Source: a virus
Lineage: Duplodnaviria; Caudoviricetes
Virus record (IMG/VR): IMGVR_UViG_3300011339_000278
Coordinates: 6,743-70,742 of that record
Reading direction: 5' to 3' (one strand)
Length of the DNA stretch: 64,000 nt
Of this stretch, positions 1-8,508 are shown piece after piece. A program made the translations under genes and the position numbers. Numbering within the stretch: position 1 is the stretch's first letter; each line of letters opens with the position of its first letter. The notes below the pieces were generated by a model. The model was not told the origin of the DNA, searched no databases, and worked only from the letters and a program-made list of their open reading frames with translations.

Positions 1-57
1 GAAACCCAGTCCAGTATTGGTGTAATAAGTTTCAAAATCCACCGTAATTAAACTCAT
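1..57 (-). CDS. Duplicated 5' end of the DNA polymerase gene (partial, runs off the window)
   Basis: Encodes MSLITVDFETYYTNTGLGF, the same peptide as the start of 62066..63934. Confidence 0.9.
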   Translation of the reverse strand, partial: MSLITVDFETYYTNTGLGF

Positions 58-123
58 TTGTATGTTTCTTTTCTAACGATTAGACTAATTGTTCTTTGGC
101 TGACGTTAAACTTATTTGCCAAT
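1..123. repeat. Terminal overlap, copy 1 (circular genome junction)
   Basis: Matches 63878-64000 at 119/123 positions; mismatches at 25, 28, 31 and 111. Confidence 0.95.
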
Positions 124-542
124 ATGGTTTGGGTCATACCAATACTGTAGAGTTGCCGAATTTTGGCGACTTGTTTGTCGGTAAGTTTTGCGTTTGCATG
201 TGCTTCGCCTTTAGGTTGTGCCCTACGCCTCTTGGAGTAGGCGTCATTTTGATTGTCTGCAAAACTGCCAAGAAAAAAATGCGATGGGTTAACACATCCT
301 CGGTTGTCGCACTTGTGGAGTACATGAGTTTTCTCTCGTGAGTTGTTTGGCGCAGAGGGTGATTCAACTAGGCCAGTTAACCATGCGGCAACACGATGCG
401 CGGTATAAACCTTACCATGCCATGCAACGCTTCCATAACCCGCGCTATTTCGCGCCCCCTGCCATTCCCAACATCCATTACGTTCTCGCCTGTCTCCCGA
501 GACTTTGCCCCAAAAAGTTTCTGCTGTTTGTTTTGCGCTCAC
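54..542 (-). CDS. HNH homing endonuclease with C-terminal HTH
   Basis: CWEW..G.YG, AHR, VLHKCDNRGCVNPSH HNH motif, HANAKLT and an HTH tail; stop overlaps the polymerase ATG. Confidence 0.9.
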   Translation of the reverse strand: MSAKQTAETFWGKVSGDRRERNGCWEWQGARNSAGYGSVAWHGKVYTAHRVAAWLTGLVESPSAPNNSREKTHVLHKCDNRGCVNPSHFFLGSFADNQNDAYSKRRRAQPKGEAHANAKLTDKQVAKIRQLYSIGMTQTILANKFNVSQRTISLIVRKETYK

Positions 543-582
543 ACTAGACTCCTAAAACGTATTAAGAGTCTAGTGTAGCACA

Positions 583-1137
583 TTATTTCCAGTTCTGATT
601 GTTGCGTTTCTTGTACGCTTGAGCTTTACTTCTTTCTTCGTCTCTTCGCGCAATGTCCTTCTTCACACCTTCAAGTTCCGCCTCTAGCGCTTTGTTGGTC
701 GCACGAATGTTTTGAACCGTAGCAATATCGCCACCACGCTCAATCAAATCAAGGACAGACTTACCAAAGTAAGTATCTTTGTTTGGGTCATACGAAGGTT
801 TGAGACCACTATCTGTCCACCACGCTTTTTGACCTTCTTGCTTAGATATGGCTTGACCATAGCCTGTATCTACCCTACCCACCCTGTTCATACGCTCCTG
901 TGCAATTTGCAGTCGCGCTTGCATAGCGATCTCGTCCAAGATTTTGGCGTTGAGTTCTTTGCGCCTGACTTCCTTTACCTTCTTATTTAAAAGCATTAGG
1001 TCATCTTCTTCAAGAAACTCAGGGCCATGCTTGGCGATGTCTTGCATGATCTCTGCCCAACGATAAGCCAAGTCCCCAAAGAATTCTTCGGGGTGATGCT
1101 CCATGCGGTCGATGAGTAATTTGATTCCGTCTAGCAT
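583..1137 (-). CDS. Hypothetical protein (paralog of 1137..1607)
   Basis: 184-aa ORF in the operon; N-terminus MLDGIKLLIDRM resembles its neighbour. Confidence 0.75.
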   Translation of the reverse strand: MLDGIKLLIDRMEHHPEEFFGDLAYRWAEIMQDIAKHGPEFLEEDDLMLLNKKVKEVRRKELNAKILDEIAMQARLQIAQERMNRVGRVDTGYGQAISKQEGQKAWWTDSGLKPSYDPNKDTYFGKSVLDLIERGGDIATVQNIRATNKALEAELEGVKKDIARRDEERSKAQAYKKRNNQNWK

Positions 1138-1607
1138 TAAAATAATCCTCCAGTTAAACTATTTTGTAAGCCTTTACCATAACGCAGTAACTCTCGTTGT
1201 TGCGCCGCTTGTTCATAAGCAAGTTGTTGTTCTCTTTGCATTTGGCGTTTTTCCTTTTCTTTCTCCAAGCGCCACTTGTGTTCTTCTTCCTCACGCTCTA
1301 TATCGGCTTTCATTTGTTCACGAGTTCTTGGTAAGATTAAATCTTGGTCTGCGATGATGCCCACCACCCAAGAGTTAAACACCCTGCGCCTACACTCGAA
1401 TATGGAGTCTTTGATGTACTTAATTTCCTCATCAGTAAAGATTCCATCAGCGTTTTCGCAAACAAGCTGAATAAGTTGATCTACTTGGTGAGAAAGAGGA
1501 ACTTCAGGGTCGCTCGCCTTGATTTCTGTCACCCTGTTTTCATTCGGGTCGTACAGTTCAGGCATGTTGACTATACGTTCCCCTAGTATCTTGATACCTT
1601 CTAGCAT
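1137..1607 (-). CDS. Hypothetical protein with C-terminal coiled coil
   Basis: 156-aa ORF coupled to the downstream gene; N-terminus MLEGIKILGERI. Confidence 0.75.
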   Translation of the reverse strand: MLEGIKILGERIVNMPELYDPNENRVTEIKASDPEVPLSHQVDQLIQLVCENADGIFTDEEIKYIKDSIFECRRRVFNSWVVGIIADQDLILPRTREQMKADIEREEEEHKWRLEKEKEKRQMQREQQLAYEQAAQQRELLRYGKGLQNSLTGGLF

Positions 1608-1614
1608 GGTCGCC

Positions 1615-2139
1615 TCACTTGAGTGAATTGATTTCGCGAGTCAGATACCACTGCGCCTTGCGCAAGTCTTCTAACTTGTTGCCCTTGTGGTCGGCTCTTG
1701 TAAGATACTTCACCACATTACCAAGGTTGTAGCCCAGCTTCTTGGCTTCAATGAAGTCGATGGTCTCAATGCCACCCACCTTGTAATGCGCGGGGTGATT
1801 GACTGGATCAGTTGCGGGTTCAAACATCTCAATCTGAACGGGCACGTTGTGATTCACGCCTTGCGTGGGTGTGTTGGGTGTAGACATACTAATGTTTTTC
1901 CAATGCTCGATTGCACCTTCCAAAACTTGCTTTTGTGTCGCCACAGCTTTCTTGATTTTGGGCAGTGTAAGCGTAGCTTTTTTCTTAGTGGCGGCTTTCT
2001 TCTTAAAAGTCCATATCACTGTGTAAACATACGAGATACCAACGCCAAGTTCTTTGGCGATGTCTTTGGCTTTAGCGTTAGGGTTAGCCGCGACGTATTT
2101 ACGAATTTGATGGGCTTTGCTGTTTACATGTTTAGTCAT
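1615..2139 (-). CDS. HTH plus DUF3310 (T7 gp1.7/SaV-like) fusion protein
   Basis: N-terminal AKAKDIAKELGVGISYVYTV HTH; C-terminal DPVNHPAHY..GGIETID...GNVVKY..R..HKG...EDLRKAQWYL; likely ATG at 2139. Confidence 0.8.
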   Translation of the reverse strand: MTKHVNSKAHQIRKYVAANPNAKAKDIAKELGVGISYVYTVIWTFKKKAATKKKATLTLPKIKKAVATQKQVLEGAIEHWKNISMSTPNTPTQGVNHNVPVQIEMFEPATDPVNHPAHYKVGGIETIDFIEAKKLGYNLGNVVKYLTRADHKGNKLEDLRKAQWYLTREINSLK

Positions 2140-2318
2140 TTGATTTCCTTGGTTGGTTGTTGAAAAGTGTCGTAGTACTGCTTGGGCATTGGTGCTTTTT
2201 TGTCTAATGTTTCTCTTAGCCATTCAGCACCGCCTAGTTGTTTAAAAATTAGCCAATGTACGTCACTTAAACGTACGTATCGTGCCTTTAGGGGGGCGGG
2301 GGGCTTTGGCCTTGGCAT
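2136..2318 (-). CDS. Small putative DNA-binding protein (ribbon-helix-helix-like)
   Basis: MPRPKPP..YVRLS...W..FKQLGGAEWLR pattern; ATGA coupling to the next gene. Confidence 0.55.
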   Translation of the reverse strand: MPRPKPPAPLKARYVRLSDVHWLIFKQLGGAEWLRETLDKKAPMPKQYYDTFQQPTKEIK

Positions 2319-2514
2319 CTGTTAAAACTCCTTCATGCTTGTTTGGTTGTCTTTCCTTGGCGCGAGTGAACGTGCCAAATTGTTTGTATCCTAGATCCTC
2401 CTTACTTTTGATTTGATTGCTTGGGTTCTTTGCACGGAAGTATTGGTCGGTCGCAAAAATACTCGGGCGATCTACTTGCGCCAACTCCTCCCATGGGTTA
2501 AGTGTTTTACTCAT
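2263..2514 (-). CDS. Hypothetical protein
   Basis: 83-aa ORF with ATGA overlap. Confidence 0.55.
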   Translation of the reverse strand: MSKTLNPWEELAQVDRPSIFATDQYFRAKNPSNQIKSKEDLGYKQFGTFTRAKERQPNKHEGVLTDAKAKAPRPPKGTIRTFK

Positions 2515-2720
2515 TTCTTCATGCCTCTTACAAATGCGGCAAAACTTGCCGCTGTATCGCCAAATGGTTTCATTGCGTCAAACTCCTTGGCTACTTCTTC
2601 TAAGACTGTATTACGCTGTGATGGCGATACAAACACATCGTAGTGATATGGTTGCCCTGACTTCATAGCGTTCTCATGCGCAATGCGCTCAAACTCATCG
2701 TCTTCTTCAGTGTGAATCAT
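2511..2720 (-). CDS. Hypothetical protein
   Basis: 69-aa ORF with 4-nt overlaps on both sides. Confidence 0.65.
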   Translation of the reverse strand: MIHTEEDDEFERIAHENAMKSGQPYHYDVFVSPSQRNTVLEEVAKEFDAMKPFGDTAASFAAFVRGMKK

Positions 2721-2944
2721 TTTCTTTCTCCTAGAACTTTGTTACTCCACTCAACTTTGTAGATGCCGCCATCAAGATCAAAGTCAATCCGTAAATTGCA
2801 TTCAATGTTATACGGGTGTAAGCCTGTACCTAGCGCATCCATGTTTTGATTGACTCGGTAGTACTTGCTGACCCGTGTCTTACCCCGATCTTCTTCAGGT
2901 GTGAACTGCCTGTACAGTGGCTCAGGTGTCTTTGATTTGCTCAA
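2717..2944 (-). CDS. Hypothetical protein
   Basis: 75-aa ORF with 4-nt overlaps. Confidence 0.6.
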   Translation of the reverse strand: MSKSKTPEPLYRQFTPEEDRGKTRVSKYYRVNQNMDALGTGLHPYNIECNLRIDFDLDGGIYKVEWSNKVLGERK

Positions 2945-3102
2945 GTGTTCTTCTCCTTGAGTTTGGCTTCAATCTTTTCAGCGTATTCGCAATAAGCGCC
3001 AACAGGCCAATCAACATCTTTAGCAAGCTCTATGCGTTCATCAAGAGTCAGCCCAACCCAAGGGCGAACGTAATCTTGAATGTCGTCGTCATCGTCTTTC
3101 AT
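2941..3102 (-). CDS. Small hypothetical protein (not in ORF track)
   Basis: Translated by hand: MKDDDDDIQDYVRPWVGLTLDERIELAKDVDWPVGAYCEYAEKIEAKLKEKNT; fills the gap with 4-nt overlaps. Confidence 0.7.
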   Translation of the reverse strand: MKDDDDDIQDYVRPWVGLTLDERIELAKDVDWPVGAYCEYAEKIEAKLKEKNT

Positions 3103-3308
3103 GCTTGTCCCCTTGCTCGGATGGCTTTCAAAACCCGATCACTTAGTGCTTTATCTGCGCCTAGTAATGCAAGACCAGCCGTATTTGCACACGCCTCACG
3201 CTCGGCAGAAGCGACAAGGGCGGCAAAGCGTCTTAGCGCTCCATGGTCTCCATCCATTCCAACAAACCCAGCTTCTTGTGCTAGACGTGTGATGTCTTCT
3301 CTGTTCAT
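3099..3308 (-). CDS. Hypothetical phage protein
   Basis: MNREDITRLAQEAGF...ERE.CA...IRARG pattern typical of proteobacterial phage small genes. Confidence 0.7.
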   Translation of the reverse strand: MNREDITRLAQEAGFVGMDGDHGALRRFAALVASAEREACANTAGLALLGADKALSDRVLKAIRARGQA

Positions 3309-3526
3309 GGCTTGTCCTTTTTTGTCATCTCATGCAAAACCTCTTCGATGTGACCCATGTGATTGCCAGACCACATGTCCCATGTCGCAGTGCGTTTTTG
3401 GTTGATCGTCAGGTCGCCATCAGGACAAGACATGAGCAAGCGACCCATGTCTTTACAACTGGCTGTGAATTGTTTGGGTGCCTCTTGGTCGAGGCAGATT
3501 GTGTATGTATACGGTAGTTTTGCCAT
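3305..3526 (-). CDS. Hypothetical protein
   Basis: 73-aa ORF coupled to its neighbour. Confidence 0.6.
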   Translation of the reverse strand: MAKLPYTYTICLDQEAPKQFTASCKDMGRLLMSCPDGDLTINQKRTATWDMWSGNHMGHIEEVLHEMTKKDKP

Positions 3527-3531
3527 GGTGT

Positions 3532-3627
3532 TTACAGCGGTGCGTCCTCGTAGTTGTCAGGGTTGAACTTCGGTTGTTTTGTTCCCTTGTCCTTTGGATT
3601 TGGGAATGGGGGGAAGGGCCATGTCAC
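3532..3627 (-). CDS. Small Pro-rich peptide
   Basis: GTG start overlapping the upstream stop; MTWPFPPFPNPKDKGTKQPKFNPDNYEDAPL. Confidence 0.5.
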   Translation of the reverse strand: MTWPFPPFPNPKDKGTKQPKFNPDNYEDAPL

Positions 3628-3806
3628 ACCTCCCCTAGTACTTCTAGTATTACTGCTCTGATCTTCGTGTAGGCTTCCGCCTTCGTGTGAGGCATTGCTA
3701 GTATGTTGTCTATGTCGCATAGTGCATCGTAGTATTCTGTTGCTCGCATCGCATGTTGAAGTTTGTGCTCATCTTCGGGGTATGCAAATTCAAGTAAGGC
3801 TTTCAT
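3624..3806 (-). CDS. Hypothetical protein
   Basis: 60-aa ORF MKALLEFAYPEDEHKL. Confidence 0.65.
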   Translation of the reverse strand: MKALLEFAYPEDEHKLQHAMRATEYYDALCDIDNILAMPHTKAEAYTKIRAVILEVLGEV

Positions 3807-3954
3807 AGGGGTTTCCTTTCGCTAGTCGCATGAGTAAACGCGCCTTGCGCCATGTACGACGCACATCTGTTTGCGCGGCATTTTTGAATTTAAACTTGGG
3901 GTCTGTACACATGCGTGTGGGTAATGCTCTTGTGAGATATTTAAGTTCTTTCAT
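3790..3954 (-). CDS. Small basic hypothetical protein (not in ORF track)
   Basis: MKELKYLTRALPTRMCTDPKFKFKNAAQTDVRRTWRKARLLMRLAKGNPYESLT; ATG overlaps the VRR-NUC stop. Confidence 0.55.
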   Translation of the reverse strand: MKELKYLTRALPTRMCTDPKFKFKNAAQTDVRRTWRKARLLMRLAKGNPYESLT

Positions 3955-4247
3955 TTTGCGTTGTCCAATATGAGTTGTTTAATAATCCCGACATTGTGTT
4001 CATCGACAATGAACGACAAGCCGCCCCGCATCTCAATCTCATCTAAATGAGACTGCTGTAATTTCGTTGGCTTACCGCCGTTCGCTTTGCACTCTATGCC
4101 GATGAACCATCCGTTGTAACAACATAGAATGTCAGGGACCCCTGAATTACCAAATCCACTTGTTACGGGCATGGTGTAGTACGCTCCGATTGAAGCCAGT
4201 TCTGCGAGAACCTTCTTCTTTACTTTTTTTTCTGGCGTGTCTGCCAT
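3951..4247 (-). CDS. VRR-NUC domain nuclease (putative junction resolvase)
   Basis: PE.KVK...G.SGVPD...GWFIGIECKA.GGKPT.LQ motif; likely ATG at 4247. Confidence 0.9.
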   Translation of the reverse strand: MADTPEKKVKKKVLAELASIGAYYTMPVTSGFGNSGVPDILCCYNGWFIGIECKANGGKPTKLQQSHLDEIEMRGGLSFIVDEHNVGIIKQLILDNAK

Positions 4248-4690
4248 GCGACCCCCTTTTGGAATGTTCCCCAAGACTTCCAACGACTGTATGCAAGTTC
4301 TTTACTGATACCGAGTAGATCAGCGCACTCAACTAACGTTCCAGTAAACTCGCCGTTCGTATAAAGTTTTGTTGTAGTTTTGTTTTTCTGTTGTTGACTG
4401 CGTGTAGCCCAATGGCAATTACTTGGTTTGTAATCACCATCGGTGTTGATACGATCTAAACTGTGGTCAGGGCTTGGACGATCCCCCATGTCCGCAAAAA
4501 AGTTTTCGTAACTATGCCAACGCTTACATACTTTGATACCCCTCGCCCCGTAGTATGTATATGCTTTGTTCTTTGGGTTACTGCACCGCGCTAACATAGA
4601 TCGCCACACATAGTGTTCAGGGCGCTCTTTGCCACCTAGATACCCTCCGTGTTTTGTTCTCGCAAGTGCCCACTCATTATGATTTTCCAT
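4220..4690 (-). CDS. HNH homing endonuclease
   Basis: W..M..RC.NP....Y..YGARGI.VC.RW..Y.NF..DMG.RP....SLDRIN.DGDY.P.NC.WAT..QQ..N. Confidence 0.9.
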   Translation of the reverse strand: MENHNEWALARTKHGGYLGGKERPEHYVWRSMLARCSNPKNKAYTYYGARGIKVCKRWHSYENFFADMGDRPSPDHSLDRINTDGDYKPSNCHWATRSQQQKNKTTTKLYTNGEFTGTLVECADLLGISKELAYSRWKSWGTFQKGVAWQTRQKKK

Positions 4691-4691
4691 A

Positions 4692-5135
4692 TTACACTCC
4701 TTTGTCGTTCGGGTGTAGTGTAGCATGGTTCAGGTGTATCTGCCATGTAGACTTCTCCTTGTTATAGCCAATCTCACCAAGCTGCGTGACGTGCATGATT
4801 ACGATGTACAAATCTTTGCACACCATCCACCCCACATCGTCGAGCTTAGGCTCATGGGCATTGATATAAGCATCCGTGACCGATACATGATGTAGTTCTT
4901 TCTTAGGCGGCGGAAACGCTTGAATCATTGAGAGCGATGCCTTCATGAAGTCAGGTAATGCTTCTGCCGTGAAGTACCGCACTCTGTCAGGTTGTACAAC
5001 AACGGCGTATGTATCGTCATCTTTGTACACAGGAACGCGCCACATATCAGGAGTCTTGTATGGCATGGCAGGCCATTTATTAGCATCGTGTAGTGAGCGC
5101 ATATATTGGGTGATGTATTCTGTTTCGCTGTACAT
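4692..5135 (-). CDS. Hypothetical protein
   Basis: 147-aa ORF coupled to the upstream gene. Confidence 0.7.
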   Translation of the reverse strand: MYSETEYITQYMRSLHDANKWPAMPYKTPDMWRVPVYKDDDTYAVVVQPDRVRYFTAEALPDFMKASLSMIQAFPPPKKELHHVSVTDAYINAHEPKLDDVGWMVCKDLYIVIMHVTQLGEIGYNKEKSTWQIHLNHATLHPNDKGV

Positions 5136-6088
5136 TACATCTTTGGCGTTTTAGGAATCGCCACCCACACAATGCTGTTGCGATAGCCCACACCGATGTC
5201 GAGTTCGCTCAGGTACTTGTCGATCCTACCGATAAACAATTCATTGCGGTTGGAATAAGATCTCTCGGTCGATTTACCTTGCATGTATGTAGCGATCATC
5301 ATCGCATCAACTGCAACTTCGGGCACTTCCTTCAGGGATGAATAGGATTTCAGGCTACCCTGAACGAGTACCTTACCGTTGCTATTGTCAGTAGTAACTA
5401 CATCGCCTTCACCAACAATGTACTTGGGCGCTACTGTGCCATCATCATGATAGTTCTCATAGGCGATACCTATGATCTTGAAGCCCTTGCAGAATCTTTT
5501 AAAGTCGTCTGCTGACTCATCGTATTTTTTCATTTCAACTAAATATTTACTGTACGAATCTTTGAGTTCGCTAGAGTACTGCTTGATTGAAAGCGTGTCA
5601 ACACCTAAATAGAATTCTGCCAACATTTTTGTTATATCTTTATTCAATTCTATTTTCGGCGCGCCATAACGAGCGCCATCTTTTACTGGATGTAGCGCGA
5701 CAACTATTTCTTCTGCATAAGCCTTAGTCATAGCCACATCACTAGGATACTCGTTGTTCTTCTTCAGCGTTCTAATGAGTGTTGCAATCTTATTGGAATC
5801 ACGCTCACTTCTACTGGAGTTGGAGCTTGCCTTCTCCTTCCTGATGAGATACTGATTCTCATAGATATAAACCGCTTCACTTCTATCGCGTGAGTTAGTT
5901 GTAGTAGACAGTTCACCCGCATCCAATCCGTTCGGTGTGGCTAGACGCAATGCGCCACTATTCTTGATACGACTAATCTTGACATTGAACGCTGTGCAGA
6001 AGTCGAACGCTAGATTTCTAAGGCTCGGCTTTGTTATAAACAATTCTTTCAGTTTGTCTTGATCTACATTATCTAATGCTATGTTCAT
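5135..6088 (-). CDS. Hypothetical protein
   Basis: Long ORF; likely ATG at 6088 after a GGAGAG RBS. Confidence 0.8.
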   Translation of the reverse strand: MNIALDNVDQDKLKELFITKPSLRNLAFDFCTAFNVKISRIKNSGALRLATPNGLDAGELSTTTNSRDRSEAVYIYENQYLIRKEKASSNSSRSERDSNKIATLIRTLKKNNEYPSDVAMTKAYAEEIVVALHPVKDGARYGAPKIELNKDITKMLAEFYLGVDTLSIKQYSSELKDSYSKYLVEMKKYDESADDFKRFCKGFKIIGIAYENYHDDGTVAPKYIVGEGDVVTTDNSNGKVLVQGSLKSYSSLKEVPEVAVDAMMIATYMQGKSTERSYSNRNELFIGRIDKYLSELDIGVGYRNSIVWVAIPKTPKM

Positions 6089-6098
6089 GGTTCTCTCC

Positions 6099-7043
6099 TT
6101 ACAGTTGTCTAAGTTCTTCACCAGTAGGTGAAACGATTTTGTGTTCCCATGCTGTCTTAGGCAATCTACCCATTGGTAGGTCAATCCAGTCAAACGCTTC
6201 TTTAGTTTCTGCAAGCATTGTTCTGCGGAAGTGCCTACTCACCGTGCCCTGTACCTGATCCTGCCATTCGCGTGGCAGTCTTGGTTCACTTGTACCCGCA
6301 TTCTCATCACGCCAGTGGTAGTAAAAATTACTACGCACCCAATGTGTTTTAAGTAGATACATAATAAACGCCGCATCTACATAGTGTTTCTTGTCGACCA
6401 CCTCCTTCAATGTCTTGTCGTTGAACTCCGCACCGTAGAACTTGTTGTATTGGTTGTACAAGTCTCTGATGACATCCAACGCCGCCTTATCGTTCATCGC
6501 CTTGATAAACATCGGATAGACATCTAAGAATTCTTTGTACTGCTTCATGTGCTCGTTGGATCTTTTGCGATTCAGGGTAGGCTGAACAACTGTGAACTGA
6601 GTCAGGGGCTTCTTTGTTCCTATATCAAACCGCAGTCCTGTGAAGATCGGATACTCACCATCACCAGTCGACATGACTGCACCGCCCTTGTCTTTCACTT
6701 GATGTATGTACACGCCAAGCAATTCAGATAAGAGAGTGTTCTCGCCTTGATGCAATCCATTCTCAGTAGTGAACTCAAACGAATTGTCGGGGCGCACAAC
6801 GCCTAATGGTTTCTTATCTCTCCACCATCCTTCGGTTACACCACCTATTTGAATCTTGTCAGAGAACTCGCGGTGCAGATACCAAATACTAAATGAACCA
6901 TCCTCCAACGCACGGAAGTGCCGAGCTGAATACTCCCTGTATCCGAGCGGGTAGGCATTGCCTGAGTTGCGATAGGGCTTGCTGTTCTTGACTTGGTTAG
7001 CCAAGGACTCGTAACTGATTTTGTTGATGTCATAAAAACTCAT
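6099..7043 (-). CDS. Hypothetical protein
   Basis: 314-aa ORF directly downstream of the vWA gene, with a GGAG RBS. Confidence 0.8.
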   Translation of the reverse strand: MSFYDINKISYESLANQVKNSKPYRNSGNAYPLGYREYSARHFRALEDGSFSIWYLHREFSDKIQIGGVTEGWWRDKKPLGVVRPDNSFEFTTENGLHQGENTLLSELLGVYIHQVKDKGGAVMSTGDGEYPIFTGLRFDIGTKKPLTQFTVVQPTLNRKRSNEHMKQYKEFLDVYPMFIKAMNDKAALDVIRDLYNQYNKFYGAEFNDKTLKEVVDKKHYVDAAFIMYLLKTHWVRSNFYYHWRDENAGTSEPRLPREWQDQVQGTVSRHFRRTMLAETKEAFDWIDLPMGRLPKTAWEHKIVSPTGEELRQL

Positions 7044-7045
7044 GA

Positions 7046-8242
7046 TTACTCCTTCACCATAACTTTCTTACCTGTTGGGGGAACCCAATTCGCATTCTGT
7101 GTCACCAACCACAATGTCGGCGATGAGATCTGCCACTGCACATCGTTCTCCAAGAATCCATCGGTGAACACCAATACACATTCAGCATTCACTTTCTTCT
7201 TGTTGATGTATTCAGACACACATGAAACCTTAGTTCCTCCGCCACCCAAGGGCTTGAGCATCGAACCAATGTTTGTGTAGTTGTCTCTGAACAGTTGCTC
7301 ACCATGAACCTTGGTGTCCCACCACAGAACGCGCACAGCTTCAGGCGACACAGCCTCACAGATAGAGATTAGTTCCGAGGCGAACTCATTAAGCTCCTTC
7401 TCGCCGATCGAACCTGATGTATCAATAGCAACGACAATCTCTCCGATAGTCTCGTTCTCCACAGTTGGGATGTACAAATCATTGGGCAACACTCTGCGGT
7501 TGAACTTGCGCCATGTGTACTCGTCCTTGCCCTTCGTTGCTGAAGAAACAAACTCGCGTAACACCTCACGCCAATCTACCTTTGGATTGAGAATGTCTGT
7601 AATGGCTCGTGGCAGATCAATGCCCAAACGACCCGCCAACATCGCGCCTTCGCGCAACGCTCTGTCGATACGCGCCTCTACTTCCTTGGCTTTCTCAGGG
7701 GTTATCGGTTGACCATCGCCTTCGGTGTCGTGCTCGTCGAACGAATACTCACCACCGTTACCTTGCTGTTCACCCTCCCCTGAATCACCACTTCCTCCGC
7801 CACCCCCGCACTGTCCCTCCAATAACTTGTACACCTCACGCATGTTCATGTTGTGATACTTGGGGTCATAGCATCCACCATCGGGGAGCTTCACAAGGTT
7901 CTTGTCCTTGATGTTCACGATGATGTCGTTCACTACATAGTCTGCCGCCATGTTTGCGCGTTTGCGATCTTCTCTGAACAAGTCAATGTTGTGGAGCATG
8001 TGACGCAATACGATGTGCAGATTCTCGTGAAGCACTAAGCCTGCTACTTCTTGGTCTGTCTTGCACACGGCCTTGAGAAACGCTCTGCCGTATTTCTTGT
8101 TGATACCATCGGTGTACGCAGTGATCGCGTCGTCGATCACCTCTGTGTTGCCCATCATCATCACACCTGAATACAAAGCTGTCTCAGGATGTTTCATCAT
8201 GGCAATGTGCGCCTTCTTGACGCGTTCTTCTTCAGTCAACAT
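7046..8242 (-). CDS. Metallopeptidase-like (HExxH) plus vWA domain protein (DUF2201-like)
   Basis: HENLH; Gly/acidic linker; MIDAS motifs DTSGS, GGGT and FTDG. Confidence 0.88.
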   Translation of the reverse strand: MLTEEERVKKAHIAMMKHPETALYSGVMMMGNTEVIDDAITAYTDGINKKYGRAFLKAVCKTDQEVAGLVLHENLHIVLRHMLHNIDLFREDRKRANMAADYVVNDIIVNIKDKNLVKLPDGGCYDPKYHNMNMREVYKLLEGQCGGGGGSGDSGEGEQQGNGGEYSFDEHDTEGDGQPITPEKAKEVEARIDRALREGAMLAGRLGIDLPRAITDILNPKVDWREVLREFVSSATKGKDEYTWRKFNRRVLPNDLYIPTVENETIGEIVVAIDTSGSIGEKELNEFASELISICEAVSPEAVRVLWWDTKVHGEQLFRDNYTNIGSMLKPLGGGGTKVSCVSEYINKKKVNAECVLVFTDGFLENDVQWQISSPTLWLVTQNANWVPPTGKKVMVKE

Positions 8243-8331
8243 TATGGTCTCCAGTAAAAAAGGTCTAACAATAAAACGATGAGTGACATCAGCAACGCCA
8301 CTCGCTCAAACTTTTCCCATCTCGTAAGCAT
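8242..8331 (-). CDS. 29-aa membrane peptide (not in ORF track)
   Basis: MLTRWEKFERVALLMSLIVLLLDLFYWRP; start and stop each overlap a neighbour by 1 nt. Confidence 0.65.
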   Translation of the reverse strand: MLTRWEKFERVALLMSLIVLLLDLFYWRP

Positions 8332-8501
8332 TACTCAAATACCTCCTCTACCGACTCGACCTTCCAGTCTGCGTCGTTGATATTTACTGTGTCAGCTTCG
8401 AGCTGTGCCCACGCTACATCCTCAGCTTCGTCTTCATTACCAGCTTGCACAGTTACTGTGATGTAACTTGTTCGTTGGAATTCCACTTCATAGGTTTTCA
8501 T
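8331..8501 (-). CDS. Small acidic protein (DpnD/PcfM-like; not in ORF track)
   Basis: MKTYEVEFQRTSYITVTVQAGNEDEAEDVAW...; fills the gap exactly. Confidence 0.7.
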   Translation of the reverse strand: MKTYEVEFQRTSYITVTVQAGNEDEAEDVAWAQLEADTVNINDADWKVESVEEVFE

Positions 8502-8508
8502 ATTCAGC

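Noticed and set aside
1-123. DGR template/variable repeat pair
   Set aside because: No reverse transcriptase; mismatches are synonymous, not adenine-specific, and sit at the circular junction.
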